DNA of 64,000 nt, taken from positions 173,188-237,187 of the forward strand of contig JBMOON010000040.1 of NCBI GenBank assembly GCA_049323295.1, given 5' to 3'. Of this stretch, positions 29,728 through 41,246 are shown piece after piece (position 1 is the first letter of the stretch; each line of letters begins with the position of its first letter). The notes under the pieces are model-generated. The model was not told the DNA's origin. It searched no databases and saw nothing but the letters and a program-made list of their open reading frames with translations. The stretch comes from Pseudomonadota bacterium (GTDB taxonomy: Bacteria > Pseudomonadota > Gammaproteobacteria > Pseudomonadales > JADFDG01). A program made the translations under genes and the position numbers.

Positions 29728-31575
29728 GTGAGCCGCATCCAGGTCCTGCATCCGCGCCTGGCCAACCAGATTGCCGCCGGCGAAGTCGTCGAGCGACCGG
29801 CGTCGGTGGTGAAGGAATTGCTGGAAAACGCCATCGACGCCGGTGCCGGTCGCGTCGATGTCGCCATCGAGGAGGGCGGCGTGCGCCTGGTCCGGGTGCG
29901 CGACAACGGGCTGGGCATCGGACGGGACGATCTGCCGCTGGCGCTCGCCCGGCACGCGACCAGCAAGATCGGCGAGCTGGACGACCTGGAGGCGATCGCC
30001 ACCCTCGGCTTCCGCGGCGAGGCGCTGGCGTCGATCGCCTCCGTTTCGCGGCTGGCGCTGACATCCAGCAGCGACGAGTCCGGTGCCGGCTGGCAGGTGA
30101 CCGCCGAGGGCCGCGACATGACGGCCAGCGTGTCGGCGGCTGCACATCCGCGTGGCACTACGGTGGAAATGCGCGACCTGTTTTTCAATACGCCGGCGCG
30201 CCGCAAGTTCCTGCGCACCGAAAAAACCGAGGCCGGCCATATCGAGGACACGGTGCGCAAAGTGGCACTGTCGCATTTCCGGATCGGCTTCAGCCTGACG
30301 GTGAACGATCGCGCCGTGCTGACGCTGAAGCCGGCCGGGTCGCCGCAGGAAATGCAGCGCCGCGTCGCGCAGATTTGCGGAACCCCGTTTGTCGACAACG
30401 CGGTGCCGCTCGATATTTCACATGCCGGCCTGCGGCTCTGGGGCTGGCTGGGATTGCCGACGTTTTCGCGTGCGCAGCCGGACCTGCAGTATTTCTACGT
30501 CAACGGCCGCATGGTGCGCGACCGTGTGCTGACGCATGCCGTGCGACAGGCATTTGCCGATGTGCTGTTCGGCGGCCGGCATCCGGCCTATGTGCTCTAT
30601 CTCGAACTCGATCCGGCGAACGTCGACGTCAACGTGCATCCGACCAAGCACGAAGTACGTTTCCGCGACCAGCGGCTGGTCCACGATTTCCTGTTCCGCA
30701 GTCTGCACCGGGTGATTGCCGATCTGCGTCCGGACTCGCAGCCGTCGCCGGCGCGCGTCGACGCCGGCCTGTCGACGGTGGCCGTGCCGCAGCAGGCGGC
30801 GTTCGGTCTGCCGGAAGTCGCCGCACAGGCGACATCGGTTCCGGGCATGCCGCCGCCGTCCGGCTATGCGCCGCCCGTTGCCGCCGCGCTGCGTCTGGCC
30901 GTCGCTGACGCGGGTGTTGGCGAACGAGCATTACCCGCGGCGGTCCTGCCGACCGGGCATACCGCGCAGGGCGCCACGCCACCGCTCGGTTATGCGCTGG
31001 CGCAGCTGCACGGCGTCTACATCCTGGCGCAGAACGCGCAGGGGCTGGTGGTGGTGGACATGCACGCGGCGCACGAACGCATCACCTACGAGCGTCTGAA
31101 ATGCGCCTACGACGAACAGGGTGTGGCGACGCAACCGCTGCTGGTGCCGGTGAGTGTCGCAGTCGGCGAACGCGAAGCGGATGTCGCCGACGAGCGCGCC
31201 GACCTGTTCCGCCAGCTCGGCTTCGGCATCGAGCGCGCCGGCCCGGAAACGCTGCTGGTGCGCGAAGTGCCGGCGCTGCTGGCCAATGCGCTGCATGCCG
31301 GCGAACAGGTGCAGCAACTGGTGCGCGACGTGCTGGCCGACCTGCGCGAGCACGGCGAGAGCTCGCGTCTTGCGCGCGCGCGCGACGAACTGCTCGCCAC
31401 CATGGCCTGCCACGGTGCGGTGCGCGCCAACCGGCAGCTCACCGTGCCGGAAATGAACGCGCTGCTGCGCGACATGGAAGCGACCGAGCGTAGCGGCCAG
31501 TGCAATCACGGTCGTCCGACCTGGACCCAGCTGTCGCTGGCGGACCTCGACCGCCTGTTCCTGCGCGGACGCTGA
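29728..31575 (+). CDS. mutL: DNA mismatch repair endonuclease MutL
   Basis: [36 protein letters not shown]. The GTG at 29728 matches the E. coli N-terminus spacing. The ORF opens at 29719. Confidence 0.95.
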   Translation: MSRIQVLHPRLANQIAAGEVVERPASVVKELLENAIDAGAGRVDVAIEEGGVRLVRVRDNGLGIGRDDLPLALARHATSKIGELDDLEAIATLGFRGEALASIASVSRLALTSSSDESGAGWQVTAEGRDMTASVSAAAHPRGTTVEMRDLFFNTPARRKFLRTEKTEAGHIEDTVRKVALSHFRIGFSLTVNDRAVLTLKPAGSPQEMQRRVAQICGTPFVDNAVPLDISHAGLRLWGWLGLPTFSRAQPDLQYFYVNGRMVRDRVLTHAVRQAFADVLFGGRHPAYVLYLELDPANVDVNVHPTKHEVRFRDQRLVHDFLFRSLHRVIADLRPDSQPSPARVDAGLSTVAVPQQAAFGLPEVAAQATSVPGMPPPSGYAPPVAAALRLAVADAGVGERALPAAVLPTGHTAQGATPPLGYALAQLHGVYILAQNAQGLVVVDMHAAHERITYERLKCAYDEQGVATQPLLVPVSVAVGEREADVADERADLFRQLGFGIERAGPETLLVREVPALLANALHAGEQVQQLVRDVLADLREHGESSRLARARDELLATMACHGAVRANRQLTVPEMNALLRDMEATERSGQCNHGRPTWTQLSLADLDRLFLRGR

Positions 31576-31579
31576 CCGC

Positions 31580-32545
31580 GTGCCTGCTGCATCCGCTGCC
31601 GGTGTCGCGCGTCGCGCGTTGCCGGTCGTTTTCCTGATGGGCCCCACCGCCGCTGGCAAGACGGCGCTCGCCGTCGAACTGGTGCGGCGCGGTGCGCCGG
31701 ACGGCCGCGGCTTCGAAATCGTCAGCGTCGATTCGGCGCTGGTCTACCGCGGCATGGATATCGGCACCGCGAAACCGGATGCGGCGACGCTGGCGGTGGC
31801 GCCGCACCGGCTGCTCGACCTGCGCGATCCGTCCGAACCCTACTCGGCGGCCGATTTCCGTACCGACGCGCTGGCCGCCATCGCGGACATCCATGCCGCT
31901 GGCCGCATTCCGCTGCTGGTCGGCGGCACCATGCTCTACTTCAAGGCGTTGCGCGACGGGCTGGCGGCGTTGCCGCAGTCGGATCCGGACGTGCGGGCCC
32001 GGCTCACCGCCGAGCTGGCGCGCGACGGCCTGCCGGCACTGGCGGCCCGGCTGGCGGCGGTCGACCCGGAAGCGGCGGCGAAGCATGGCGGGAACCCCCA
32101 GCGGCTGCTGCGGGCGCTGGAAGTCTTCGAACTGACCGGTCGTCCGCTCAGCGAGCTGCACCGGGAGCAGACCGGCGCCCCCTTCCCGTACCCCCTGCTG
32201 CAACTGGCCATCGCTCCGGACCGCAACCTGCTGGCGGAACGGATCGCCCGCCGTTTCGAGGCCATGCTGGCCGCGGGCTTCCTCGACGAGGTTCGCCGGC
32301 TGTACGACCGGGGGGACCTGCACCCGGACCTGCCCGCCCTGCGGGCCGTGGGTTACCGCCAGGCCTGGCAACACCTTGCCGGACAACTGTCCTATGACGA
32401 CATGGTGGCCCGCGCTATCATCGCGACGCGTCAGCTGGCCAAGCGCCAATTGACGTGGTTGCGCGGCTGGCAGGGTTTGCAGTGGCTCGACCCGGATGCC
32501 CCGGATCTGGTCGACCGGACCCTCGGACTCGTGGCCACCCTCTGA
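31580..32545 (+). CDS. miaA: tRNA dimethylallyltransferase
   Basis: [18 protein letters not shown]-loop and [18 protein letters not shown]. Directly upstream of hfq. Confidence 0.93.
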   Translation: MPAASAAGVARRALPVVFLMGPTAAGKTALAVELVRRGAPDGRGFEIVSVDSALVYRGMDIGTAKPDAATLAVAPHRLLDLRDPSEPYSAADFRTDALAAIADIHAAGRIPLLVGGTMLYFKALRDGLAALPQSDPDVRARLTAELARDGLPALAARLAAVDPEAAAKHGGNPQRLLRALEVFELTGRPLSELHREQTGAPFPYPLLQLAIAPDRNLLAERIARRFEAMLAAGFLDEVRRLYDRGDLHPDLPALRAVGYRQAWQHLAGQLSYDDMVARAIIATRQLAKRQLTWLRGWQGLQWLDPDAPDLVDRTLGLVATL

Positions 32546-32717
32546 CCGGGGGCGCGCCCGGAACCCGGGGACCTCCCGGCGGTCGATGTCGGCGGCACCG
32601 TTCTGCCGGTCCCGTGTTGGCGGCCTCTTGTCGCCCCGGTCCGGTGTGTTGCGACCGGCTCCACCTGTTTTCTTTTGCCCGAAGTCCTGGGCACCACTTT
32701 TTTATGGAGACATGATC

Positions 32718-32984
32718 ATGTCCAAGGGTCACAGCCTGCAGGATCCGTTCCTCAACGCCCTCCGCAAGGAGCGCATCCCGGTTTCGATCTTCCTGGTCAA
32801 CGGCATCAAGCTGCAGGGCCAGATCGAATCGTTCGACCAATACGTCGTGCTGCTGAAGAACACCGTCAGCCAGATGGTCTACAAGCACGCGATTTCCACT
32901 GTGGTCCCGGCACGCAATCCGAAAGTCGGCCCCGGCGCTCCGCGCGAAGGCGCAGCCGGCGACATGCAGCCGCCGGGCATCTGA
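32718..32984 (+). CDS. hfq: RNA chaperone Hfq
   Basis: [72 protein letters not shown] is upstream. Confidence 0.97.
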   Translation: MSKGHSLQDPFLNALRKERIPVSIFLVNGIKLQGQIESFDQYVVLLKNTVSQMVYKHAISTVVPARNPKVGPGAPREGAAGDMQPPGI

Positions 32985-33000
32985 CATCGTCTGAACCCGC

Positions 33001-34398
33001 TTGCAACTTTTTGAGCGTCCCGAGGGCGGCACCCGTGCCGTCCTCGTTCATGTCGACATCGACGGCGAGAACGGCAGCGACGATCTCGCCGAGTTCGAGC
33101 AGCTGGTCGTTTCCGCGGGGATGGAAATCGTCGCCACGGTGACGTCGGCCCGCCATTTCCCGGACAACCGCTATTTCATCGGCAGCGGCAAGCTCGAAGA
33201 GCTGCAGCATCTGGTGCGCGACCAGCACGCGAACGTCGTGCTGTTCAATCATTTCCTCGGCAGCTCGCAGGAACGCAATCTCGAGAAAACGCTGCAGTGC
33301 GCGGTGCTGGACCGCACCACGCTTATCCTCGAGATCTTCGCGATGCGCGCCCGTACCAACGAAGGCCGGTTGCAGGTCGAGCTGGCGCAGTTGCGCCATC
33401 TGTCCACCCGGCTGATCCGCGGCTGGTCGCACCTCGAGCGGCAGAGCGGCGGCATCGGCGTACGCGGCGGCCCCGGCGAAACCCAGCTGGAAATCGACCG
33501 CCGCCTGATCCAGGAACGGATCAACACCATCAACAAGCGACTGGAAAAGGTGCGCACCGCGCGCAGCCAGAGCAAGCGCGCGCGCCAGCGCAACGCGATT
33601 CCGGTGGTGTCGCTGGTCGGCTATACCAACGCCGGCAAGTCGACGCTGTTCAACCGGCTGACCGATGCCGGCGTGTTCGTCGCCAACCAGTTGTTCGCCA
33701 CGCTCGATCCCACACTGCGGCGCGTCGAGATGCCGGGCATGGGCGCCGTGGTGGTGGCCGATACCGTCGGTTTCATCCGTCGCCTGCCGACCCGGCTGGT
33801 GGACGCTTTCCGCTCGACGCTGGAAGAAACCGCCGAAGCCGATCTGCTGCTGCACGTCACCGACTGCGCGGCGGCGGATCGCGACCAGAACATCGCGGCG
33901 GTCGATGCCGTGCTGGCCGAGATCGGTGCCGATGACGTGCCGGTCCTGCACGTGTTCAACAAGGTCGACCTGCTGGACGAGCGCAGCCCGCGCATCGAGC
34001 GCGACGGGCAGGGCCGGCCGCTGCGGGTGTGGGTATCGGCGGCGACCGGTGACGGCATGGACCTGTTGCGCTCGGCGATTGCCGAGCGGCTGGCGGCCGA
34101 CCGGACGCGCCTCGCCCTGCGCCTGCCGGCCGCGGCCGGCAGGCTGCGGGCCCGGCTCTATGCACGCAACGCGGTGGAGTCGGAAGAGACGGCCGAGGAC
34201 GGCAGTGTCGGCCTGGTGGTCACGATGCCGCGCAGCGATCTCGATGCCCTGTTGCGACAGGAAGGCTATCGGGCAGACGAAGTAGTGGTGGAGGGCGGTG
34301 GTTTGCCTGCATCGCCCGACCTACAATCTCGTGCTCTTGACGGGGAGGCGACTGCCTCCCGACGCAATCCGGACGGAGATGATCATGGCCTGGAATGA
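33001..34398 (+). CDS. hflX: GTPase HflX
   Basis: Collinear with E. coli HflX (LQVELAQLRHL, GPGETQLE, GYTNAGKSTLFN, DTVGFI, NKVD). TTG start. Confidence 0.93.
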   Translation: MQLFERPEGGTRAVLVHVDIDGENGSDDLAEFEQLVVSAGMEIVATVTSARHFPDNRYFIGSGKLEELQHLVRDQHANVVLFNHFLGSSQERNLEKTLQCAVLDRTTLILEIFAMRARTNEGRLQVELAQLRHLSTRLIRGWSHLERQSGGIGVRGGPGETQLEIDRRLIQERINTINKRLEKVRTARSQSKRARQRNAIPVVSLVGYTNAGKSTLFNRLTDAGVFVANQLFATLDPTLRRVEMPGMGAVVVADTVGFIRRLPTRLVDAFRSTLEETAEADLLLHVTDCAAADRDQNIAAVDAVLAEIGADDVPVLHVFNKVDLLDERSPRIERDGQGRPLRVWVSAATGDGMDLLRSAIAERLAADRTRLALRLPAAAGRLRARLYARNAVESEETAEDGSVGLVVTMPRSDLDALLRQEGYRADEVVVEGGGLPASPDLQSRALDGEATASRRNPDGDDHGLE

Positions 34399-35533
34399 AC
34401 CGGGAGGCGGTCGCAAGCCGCAGGACCCGTGGGGCAATCGCAATCGCAGCGGCGGTGGCGGTTCCGGCGGGGATATGGAAGACGTGCTGCGCAAGCTCGG
34501 TGATCGTCTCAACGCCCTGTTTGGCGGCGGCGGTGGCCGCAGCAGCAGCGGTTTCCCGATACGGCCGGTGGCAGCGGTACTGGCGGTGCTCTGGGCGCTG
34601 ATGGGCGTTTATCAGCTCGATCCGGGCGAGCAGGGCGTCGTCCTGCGACTTGGCAAGTTCAATGAAACCGTCGGCGCCGGCCTGCACTGGTATCCCTGGC
34701 TGATCGACGATGTCCGTCGCGCCAATACCGGCGAGCTGCTCAAGCAGCCGCTGCAGGCGGAAATGATCACCTCCGACCAGAATCTGGTCGGCATCCAGCT
34801 GACGGTGCAGTACCGGGTCGGCGACGCGCGCGCCTACCTGCTGCGGGTGGCGAGCGCCGAGGACGTGCTGCGTCACTCCACCGAGAGCGCGCTGCGTCAC
34901 GTGGTCGGCAATTCGACGCTCAATCAGGTGATCGGCGACGGCCGTGCCAACCTTGCCGTCGAAATGGCGCCGCGCCTGCAGAACTATCTCGACAAGTACC
35001 AGTCCGGCCTCGTGGTCTCGCAGGTCAACATCATCGAGGCACAGCCGCCGAAAAGCGTCAGCGATGCCTTTGTCGACGTCGTGCGCGCCAAGGAAGACAA
35101 GGACCGCACCATCAACGAAGCGCAGACCTATGCCAACGGCATCGTGCCGGAAGCGCGCGGCAAGGCGCAGCGGATGCTGCAGGAAGCCGAAGGCTACAAG
35201 CAGGAACAGATCGCGAAGGCGGAGGGCGATGCCGCCCGCTTCAACAATCTTTACGCCGAATACCGCAAGGCGCCGAAAGTGACCCGCGACCGCATCTATC
35301 TGGAAACGATGCAGGACGTGTACTCGAAGAGCAGCAAGGTTGTGCTCGATACCGACAGCAAGAACATGATCTACGTCCCGCTGGAGCAGGTGCTGGGCGC
35401 GAAGACAGAGGCCATGCGTCCGGAAGTGGCGGCCGCTGCCGCTGCCGCCACCGACGGCGCGATGTCCACTGCGACGCCGGCGCCGGAGCGTGCGATCGAT
35501 CGCCTGCGGGCCCGTCGTGAGGAGGTGCGCTGA
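34385..35533 (+). CDS. hflK: FtsH protease modulator HflK
   Basis: MAWNEPGGGRKPQDPWG N-terminus and an SPFH/band-7 domain. Overlaps the hflX end by 14 nt. Confidence 0.9.
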   Translation: MAWNEPGGGRKPQDPWGNRNRSGGGGSGGDMEDVLRKLGDRLNALFGGGGGRSSSGFPIRPVAAVLAVLWALMGVYQLDPGEQGVVLRLGKFNETVGAGLHWYPWLIDDVRRANTGELLKQPLQAEMITSDQNLVGIQLTVQYRVGDARAYLLRVASAEDVLRHSTESALRHVVGNSTLNQVIGDGRANLAVEMAPRLQNYLDKYQSGLVVSQVNIIEAQPPKSVSDAFVDVVRAKEDKDRTINEAQTYANGIVPEARGKAQRMLQEAEGYKQEQIAKAEGDAARFNNLYAEYRKAPKVTRDRIYLETMQDVYSKSSKVVLDTDSKNMIYVPLEQVLGAKTEAMRPEVAAAAAAATDGAMSTATPAPERAIDRLRARREEVR

Positions 35534-36393
35534 TGGACCGCAACATCATGATCGGCATAGGCCTGGCGATTGCCATCGTGCTGGCCTGGGCGTCGACCTT
35601 CACCATCCCGGAAACGCAGCGTGCGCTGCTGATGGAGTTCGGCGAAATCCGCGACCCCGACCTGCACCCCGGTTTCGGCGTCAAGCTGCCGTGGCAGAAC
35701 GTGGTGCGTTTCGACAGCCGGGTACAGGTCATGGACACCCGCCCGACCGAATATCTCACCAAGGAGCAGAAAATCCTGGTGGTCGATGCCTTCGTCATCT
35801 ATCGCATCGCCGAAAACCAGCAGTTCTATACGGCGACCAACGGCGGCGACCTGAACCGCGCCCAGATCCTGCTGAGCGAGCGCGCCATCAACGGCCTGAA
35901 GAACAAGGTGTCGCAGCGCACGCTGCTGGATGTCGTGTCCGGCAAGCGTGACGAAATGATGGCGGAGCTCACCGCCGACGTCGGCAAGCAGGCGCTGCCG
36001 GAATTCGGCGTCGAAGTCATCGACATCCGGGTGAAGAAAGTCGACTACCCCGAGAGCGCGGTCGGCGCGGTATTCGACCGCATGCGTACCGAGCGCCAGC
36101 GCGAAGCGCGCGAGCATCGTTCGGAGGGCAAGGAAGAAGCCGAGAAGATCCGTGCCGAGGCCGAGAAGCAGCGCACCGTGCTGATCGCGGAAGCATTCCG
36201 TCAGGCACAGCGCGTGCGCGGCGAGGGCGATGGCCGCGCGGCGGCGATTTCCGGTGCCGCGTACGGCAAGGATCCGGAGTTCTACCAGTTCTGGCGCTCG
36301 ATGCAGGCTTACCGTGAAACCTTCACCGGGCCGGAAAACGTGATGGTGATCCAGCCCGACAACGACTTCTTCAAGCAGATGCACGGGCGCTGA
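35533..36393 (+). CDS. hflC: FtsH protease modulator HflC
   Basis: SPFH domain, single N-terminal TM. The start overlaps the hflK stop. Confidence 0.92.
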   Translation: MDRNIMIGIGLAIAIVLAWASTFTIPETQRALLMEFGEIRDPDLHPGFGVKLPWQNVVRFDSRVQVMDTRPTEYLTKEQKILVVDAFVIYRIAENQQFYTATNGGDLNRAQILLSERAINGLKNKVSQRTLLDVVSGKRDEMMAELTADVGKQALPEFGVEVIDIRVKKVDYPESAVGAVFDRMRTERQREAREHRSEGKEEAEKIRAEAEKQRTVLIAEAFRQAQRVRGEGDGRAAAISGAAYGKDPEFYQFWRSMQAYRETFTGPENVMVIQPDNDFFKQMHGR

Positions 36394-36396
36394 TAC

Positions 36397-37587
36397 GTGA
36401 CCTCCGGAGCGGATCGCTGGTTGTTGCCGGACGGCGTCGAAGAGGCGCTGCCGGAGCGTGCGCGTGCGCTGGAAGCCCTGCGTCGCCGCCTGCTCGATCT
36501 GTACTCCGGCTGGGGTTACGAACTGGTGATGCCGCCGCTCATCGAGTTTCTTGATTCGCTGTTGTGCGCTGCCGGTCCCGACGTGTCGCTACAGACGTTC
36601 CGTCTCACCGACCAGCTGTCCGGTCGTGCCCTCGGTGTGCGTGCCGACATCACGCCGCAGGTGGCGCGCATCGACGCCCATGCGCTGAAGGCTCGCGGCC
36701 CGCAGCGCCTGTGTTACGCCGGCAGCGTGTTGCACGCCCGCCCGGCAGGCATGGCGGCCTCGCGCGTACCGCTGCAGGTCGGCGCCGAACTGTTCGGCCA
36801 TGCCGGCATCGAGGCCGACATCGAAATCATCAGCCTGATGCTGGAGACGCTGGCGGCTGTCGGTCGTCGCGACGTGCATCTCGACATCGGCCACGTCGGC
36901 ATACATCGCGGGCTGGTCGGCGAGGCGCAGCTGTCGGCCGACGACGAAGCCGAGCTGTTCGACATTTTCCAGCGCAAGGCGGTGCCGGAGCTGGAAGCCT
37001 TCCTTGCGACGCGGGTGGCCGCGCCGCAGACACGCGCGCGCTTGCGGGCGCTGGTCGATCTGGCCGGCGACCTGTCGCAGGTCGCGGCGCGCGCGCAGTC
37101 GGTCCTGGCCGGTGCGCCGGCCGGCGTCCAGCAGGCACTGGCCGATCTGTCGACCGTTGCCGAGCGCGTGCGTACGGCCTATCCGCACGTTGAAGTGTGC
37201 GTCGATCTCTGCGAGCTGCGCGGCTACCGCTATCACAGCGGCTGTGTTTTCGCGGCCTATGTGGCCGGCCGCAGCCAGGAAGTCGCCAAGGGCGGGCGTT
37301 ACGACGATGTCGGGCGGGTTTTCGGCCGCGCCCGCCCGGCGACCGGTTTCAGTGTCGATGCGAAGACGCTGGTCGACATTGCTGCCGACGGTGTCGTGCC
37401 GGTACGCGGCGGCATCTGCGCGCCGGCCGACGACGCCGCCGATCTGGTGGCACGGGTCGCGCAATTGCGTGCCGCCGGCGAGCGCGTCGTGCGCGCCCTG
37501 CCGGGCGTGGCTCCGGATCTCGACGAGCTGCACTGCGACCGCGTGCTGCGGCGTGGCGCCAAAGGCTGGGACGTCGTGCCGCGCTGA
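36397..37587 (+). CDS. hisZ: ATP phosphoribosyltransferase regulatory subunit HisZ
   Basis: DRWLLPDGVEE..RADITPQVARIDAH..LCYAGSVLHARP..GGRYDDVGRVFGRARPATGFS, a HisRS-like paralogue. Lies between hflC and purA, as in Pseudomonas. Confidence 0.88.
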   Translation: MTSGADRWLLPDGVEEALPERARALEALRRRLLDLYSGWGYELVMPPLIEFLDSLLCAAGPDVSLQTFRLTDQLSGRALGVRADITPQVARIDAHALKARGPQRLCYAGSVLHARPAGMAASRVPLQVGAELFGHAGIEADIEIISLMLETLAAVGRRDVHLDIGHVGIHRGLVGEAQLSADDEAELFDIFQRKAVPELEAFLATRVAAPQTRARLRALVDLAGDLSQVAARAQSVLAGAPAGVQQALADLSTVAERVRTAYPHVEVCVDLCELRGYRYHSGCVFAAYVAGRSQEVAKGGRYDDVGRVFGRARPATGFSVDAKTLVDIAADGVVPVRGGICAPADDAADLVARVAQLRAAGERVVRALPGVAPDLDELHCDRVLRRGAKGWDVVPR

Positions 37588-38946
<1,359 letters not shown>

Positions 38947-38967
38947 TCCCGTCCGGACGCCGCGCGC

Positions 38968-39681
38968 ATGGAACGCTCACCGGTTTTCCATCTGCGCGAT
39001 GTCCTCTGGTCGCTGGGCCGCATCAGCATCCTCTGGCGCCGTGTGCCGACGCGGCGCGTCTATCTCAAGCAGGTCTATTTTTCCGGGCTGCAGTCGTTGC
39101 CGCTGGTGCTGCTGGTCGGTGCGGCGGTGTCCGGCATCATCATCGGCCAGCTGCGCAACTTCGGCGAAAGCCCGAAGGAGTCGATCGACATTCTGCTCAC
39201 CATCACGCTCGATGAGCTGGCGCCGCTGCTTACCGCGATCCTGATTGCCGCCCGCAGTGCGCCGGCGATGGCCAGCGAGCTGGCGACGATGCAGGCCAAC
39301 GGCGAGATCCGCCTGCTCGCGCGACTCGGCGTGCCGCCGGTCGACTACCTCGTGGTGCCGCGCGTGTTCGGCATGGCGACCGGCAGCCTGTTGCTGGCGA
39401 TCTATTTCGGTTTCGCGGCCACCGTGGCCGGCAGTGCCTTCGCTGCCGGTACGCACATGCTCGACGCGCTGGTGCTGGTGGCGGAGTCCCTGGAACCGGA
39501 AGTGCTGCTGCTGTGCCTCGTCAAGAGTGCGCTGTTCGGCATGACGATTGCCGTCATGGCCTGCTTCACCGGACTGGCGGCACGCGGTTCGTTCAACGAG
39601 GTGCCGATCGCCGCGTCGCGAGCCGTGGTGCGTGGTTTTGCGGCCGTGCTGTTGTTCGATCTGCTGCTGGTGGGCCTGTGA
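38968..39681 (+). CDS. MlaE-family ABC transporter permease
   Basis: The core LDELAPLLTAILIAARSAPAMASELATMQANGEIRLLARLGVPPVDYLVVPRVFG matches the MlaE/Ttg2B conserved region. 237 aa. Starts 21 nt after the purA stop. Confidence 0.8.
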   Translation: MERSPVFHLRDVLWSLGRISILWRRVPTRRVYLKQVYFSGLQSLPLVLLVGAAVSGIIIGQLRNFGESPKESIDILLTITLDELAPLLTAILIAARSAPAMASELATMQANGEIRLLARLGVPPVDYLVVPRVFGMATGSLLLAIYFGFAATVAGSAFAAGTHMLDALVLVAESLEPEVLLLCLVKSALFGMTIAVMACFTGLAARGSFNEVPIAASRAVVRGFAAVLLFDLLLVGL

Positions 39682-40238
39682 CCTGGCCGTTGACACTGAC
39701 GACCGCCCGCGGTGCGTTGCAGGTTCCGGGCCCGGGCCGTTATGTCCTGATGCCGGCGGCGCCGGAATCGACGGTGGACGATCTGCTGACGGCCGGCCGC
39801 CTGGCCCTGGGTCCGGTAGGTATCGGCTGGTTGCCGGAGGGTGGCGGCCTGCTCAGCAACCTGCCGGCCTGGGAGAACCTGTTGTTGTCCACCCAATGGC
39901 ATGCGCCCGCTGCCCTGCCGGCGCTCGAGGCGCGGTTGGGCGCCTGGATGGCGCAGCTGGGTTACGACCGCGAGGGTTCCCGCCTCTTGTTGTCGCAGGC
40001 GACGGTCCGGCTCGACGGCAGCGAGCGTCTCCTGGTCGGTTGGTTGCGCCTCCTGCTGGCCCGGCCCAAACTGGTTCTCCTTGCGGGGCGGGCGCTGCCG
40101 GAAGGCGCGCTGGGCCAGCGCGTGCTGGGCCTGATCGACGAAGAACTGGCGGGCAGCGCCCTGCTGGTGGTCGACGATGAGGCGCCGGCCTGGTTTGCTC
40201 CCCTGTCCATTGCCCATGCCGAGGCGCATACACCGTGA
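39678..40238 (+). CDS. ABC nucleotide-binding-domain-like protein with all ATP-binding and hydrolysis motifs degenerate
   Basis: GTG start overlaps the permease stop (GTGA). The order of NBD landmarks is kept but the residues are lost. Walker A position: LMPAAPESTV. Q-loop-like: GGLLSNLPAWENLLL. Signature position: LDGSER. Walker B position: KLVLLAG. H-loop position: LLVVDDE. There is no GK[ST] anywhere. Confidence 0.6.
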   Translation: MTWPLTLTTARGALQVPGPGRYVLMPAAPESTVDDLLTAGRLALGPVGIGWLPEGGGLLSNLPAWENLLLSTQWHAPAALPALEARLGAWMAQLGYDREGSRLLLSQATVRLDGSERLLVGWLRLLLARPKLVLLAGRALPEGALGQRVLGLIDEELAGSALLVVDDEAPAWFAPLSIAHAEAHTP

Positions 40239-41164
40239 GCCTGTTTCGCGACGCCGACCCGCGTTTCCAGGGTCTCGACCTCAAGATAGCGGTGTTTGCC
40301 GTGCTCGGTGCGCTGGCCGGCATCGGGCTGATCGTCATGCTGGCCATCCAGCAGGGTTATTTTTCCGCGCACACCGAACTGCACGTCGAAGTGCCGACCG
40401 GCAGCGATCTGCGGCCTGGCATGGCGGTGAAACTGTCCGGATTCAAGATCGGCGACGTGCGCAGTGTGGCGCTCAACGAGCAGGCGCGGGTCGATGTGCT
40501 GATACGCATCGAGGACCGCTACATGAAATGGATCAAGGCGGACTCGATCGTTTCCAGCGCGCGGGAAGGCCTGATCGGCGATCCCTACCTCACGGTCAGC
40601 AGCGGCAATCCGTCGCTCTCCTCGCTGCGGGCTGGCGAGGCCTTGTTCTACAAGCCTTCGCCGGCGCTGGCCGACATTGCGCAGGACGTGCGCAACCGCA
40701 TCCTGCCGGTGATCGACGGCACCACGGCCACACTGAATTACCTGAACGATCCGAAAGGCGACTTCCGCAGCGCAATGGGCGATCTGCGGGCGCTGGCGGC
40801 GGAGCTGCGCGAAACCCGCCGGCAGGTCGACCGGCTGCTGGCAAACGTCGACGCGCTGGCGCGCGAAGACGTGCCGCGCACGCTGGCCAATACCGACCGT
40901 ACGCTGTCGACACTGGATCGCGAAGTGACGGAGATGTCGGAGCGCACCGATGCCTCGCTGGCGAAGCTCGATGAAGCGACGACCACGGCGGCCCGGGCGA
41001 TCGAAAGTGCGGCGCCGAAAGTCGACCGCCTGCTGGAAAACACCGATGCTGCCGTGCGCGACAGCCGCAAGCTGATGGACGGAGCGAGCCGGCGCTGGCC
41101 GTTCAGGGGCGGCCGCGAGCCGGAAGCCGGACCGGCCGCCGTACCCGCGGCCGATGCGCTCTAG
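40235..41164 (+). CDS. MlaD-like MCE-domain protein with a long helical C-terminal extension
   Basis: GTG start overlaps the upstream stop. N-terminal TM (IAVFAVLGALAGIGLIVMLAI) and MCE domain (LRPGMAVKLSGFKIGDVRSVAL..VDVLIRI). The C-terminal ~130 aa is predicted helical. Confidence 0.8.
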   Translation: MSLFRDADPRFQGLDLKIAVFAVLGALAGIGLIVMLAIQQGYFSAHTELHVEVPTGSDLRPGMAVKLSGFKIGDVRSVALNEQARVDVLIRIEDRYMKWIKADSIVSSAREGLIGDPYLTVSSGNPSLSSLRAGEALFYKPSPALADIAQDVRNRILPVIDGTTATLNYLNDPKGDFRSAMGDLRALAAELRETRRQVDRLLANVDALAREDVPRTLANTDRTLSTLDREVTEMSERTDASLAKLDEATTTAARAIESAAPKVDRLLENTDAAVRDSRKLMDGASRRWPFRGGREPEAGPAAVPAADAL

Positions 41165-41187
41165 GCGTGTGGCCGATCCCGGAAACG

Positions 41188-41216
41188 AAAAAGGCCGCTC
41201 GGTGAGCGGCCTTTTT
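41188..41216. terminator. Bidirectional rho-independent terminator
   Basis: AAAAAGGCCGCTC ggt GAGCGGCCTTTTT, a perfect 13-nt complement including the A and T runs. Lies between the MCE gene end and the tRNA-Leu 3' end. Confidence 0.75.
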
Positions 41217-41246
41217 CGTGCGGGGCATGGTGAGCTGCCCTTTATT

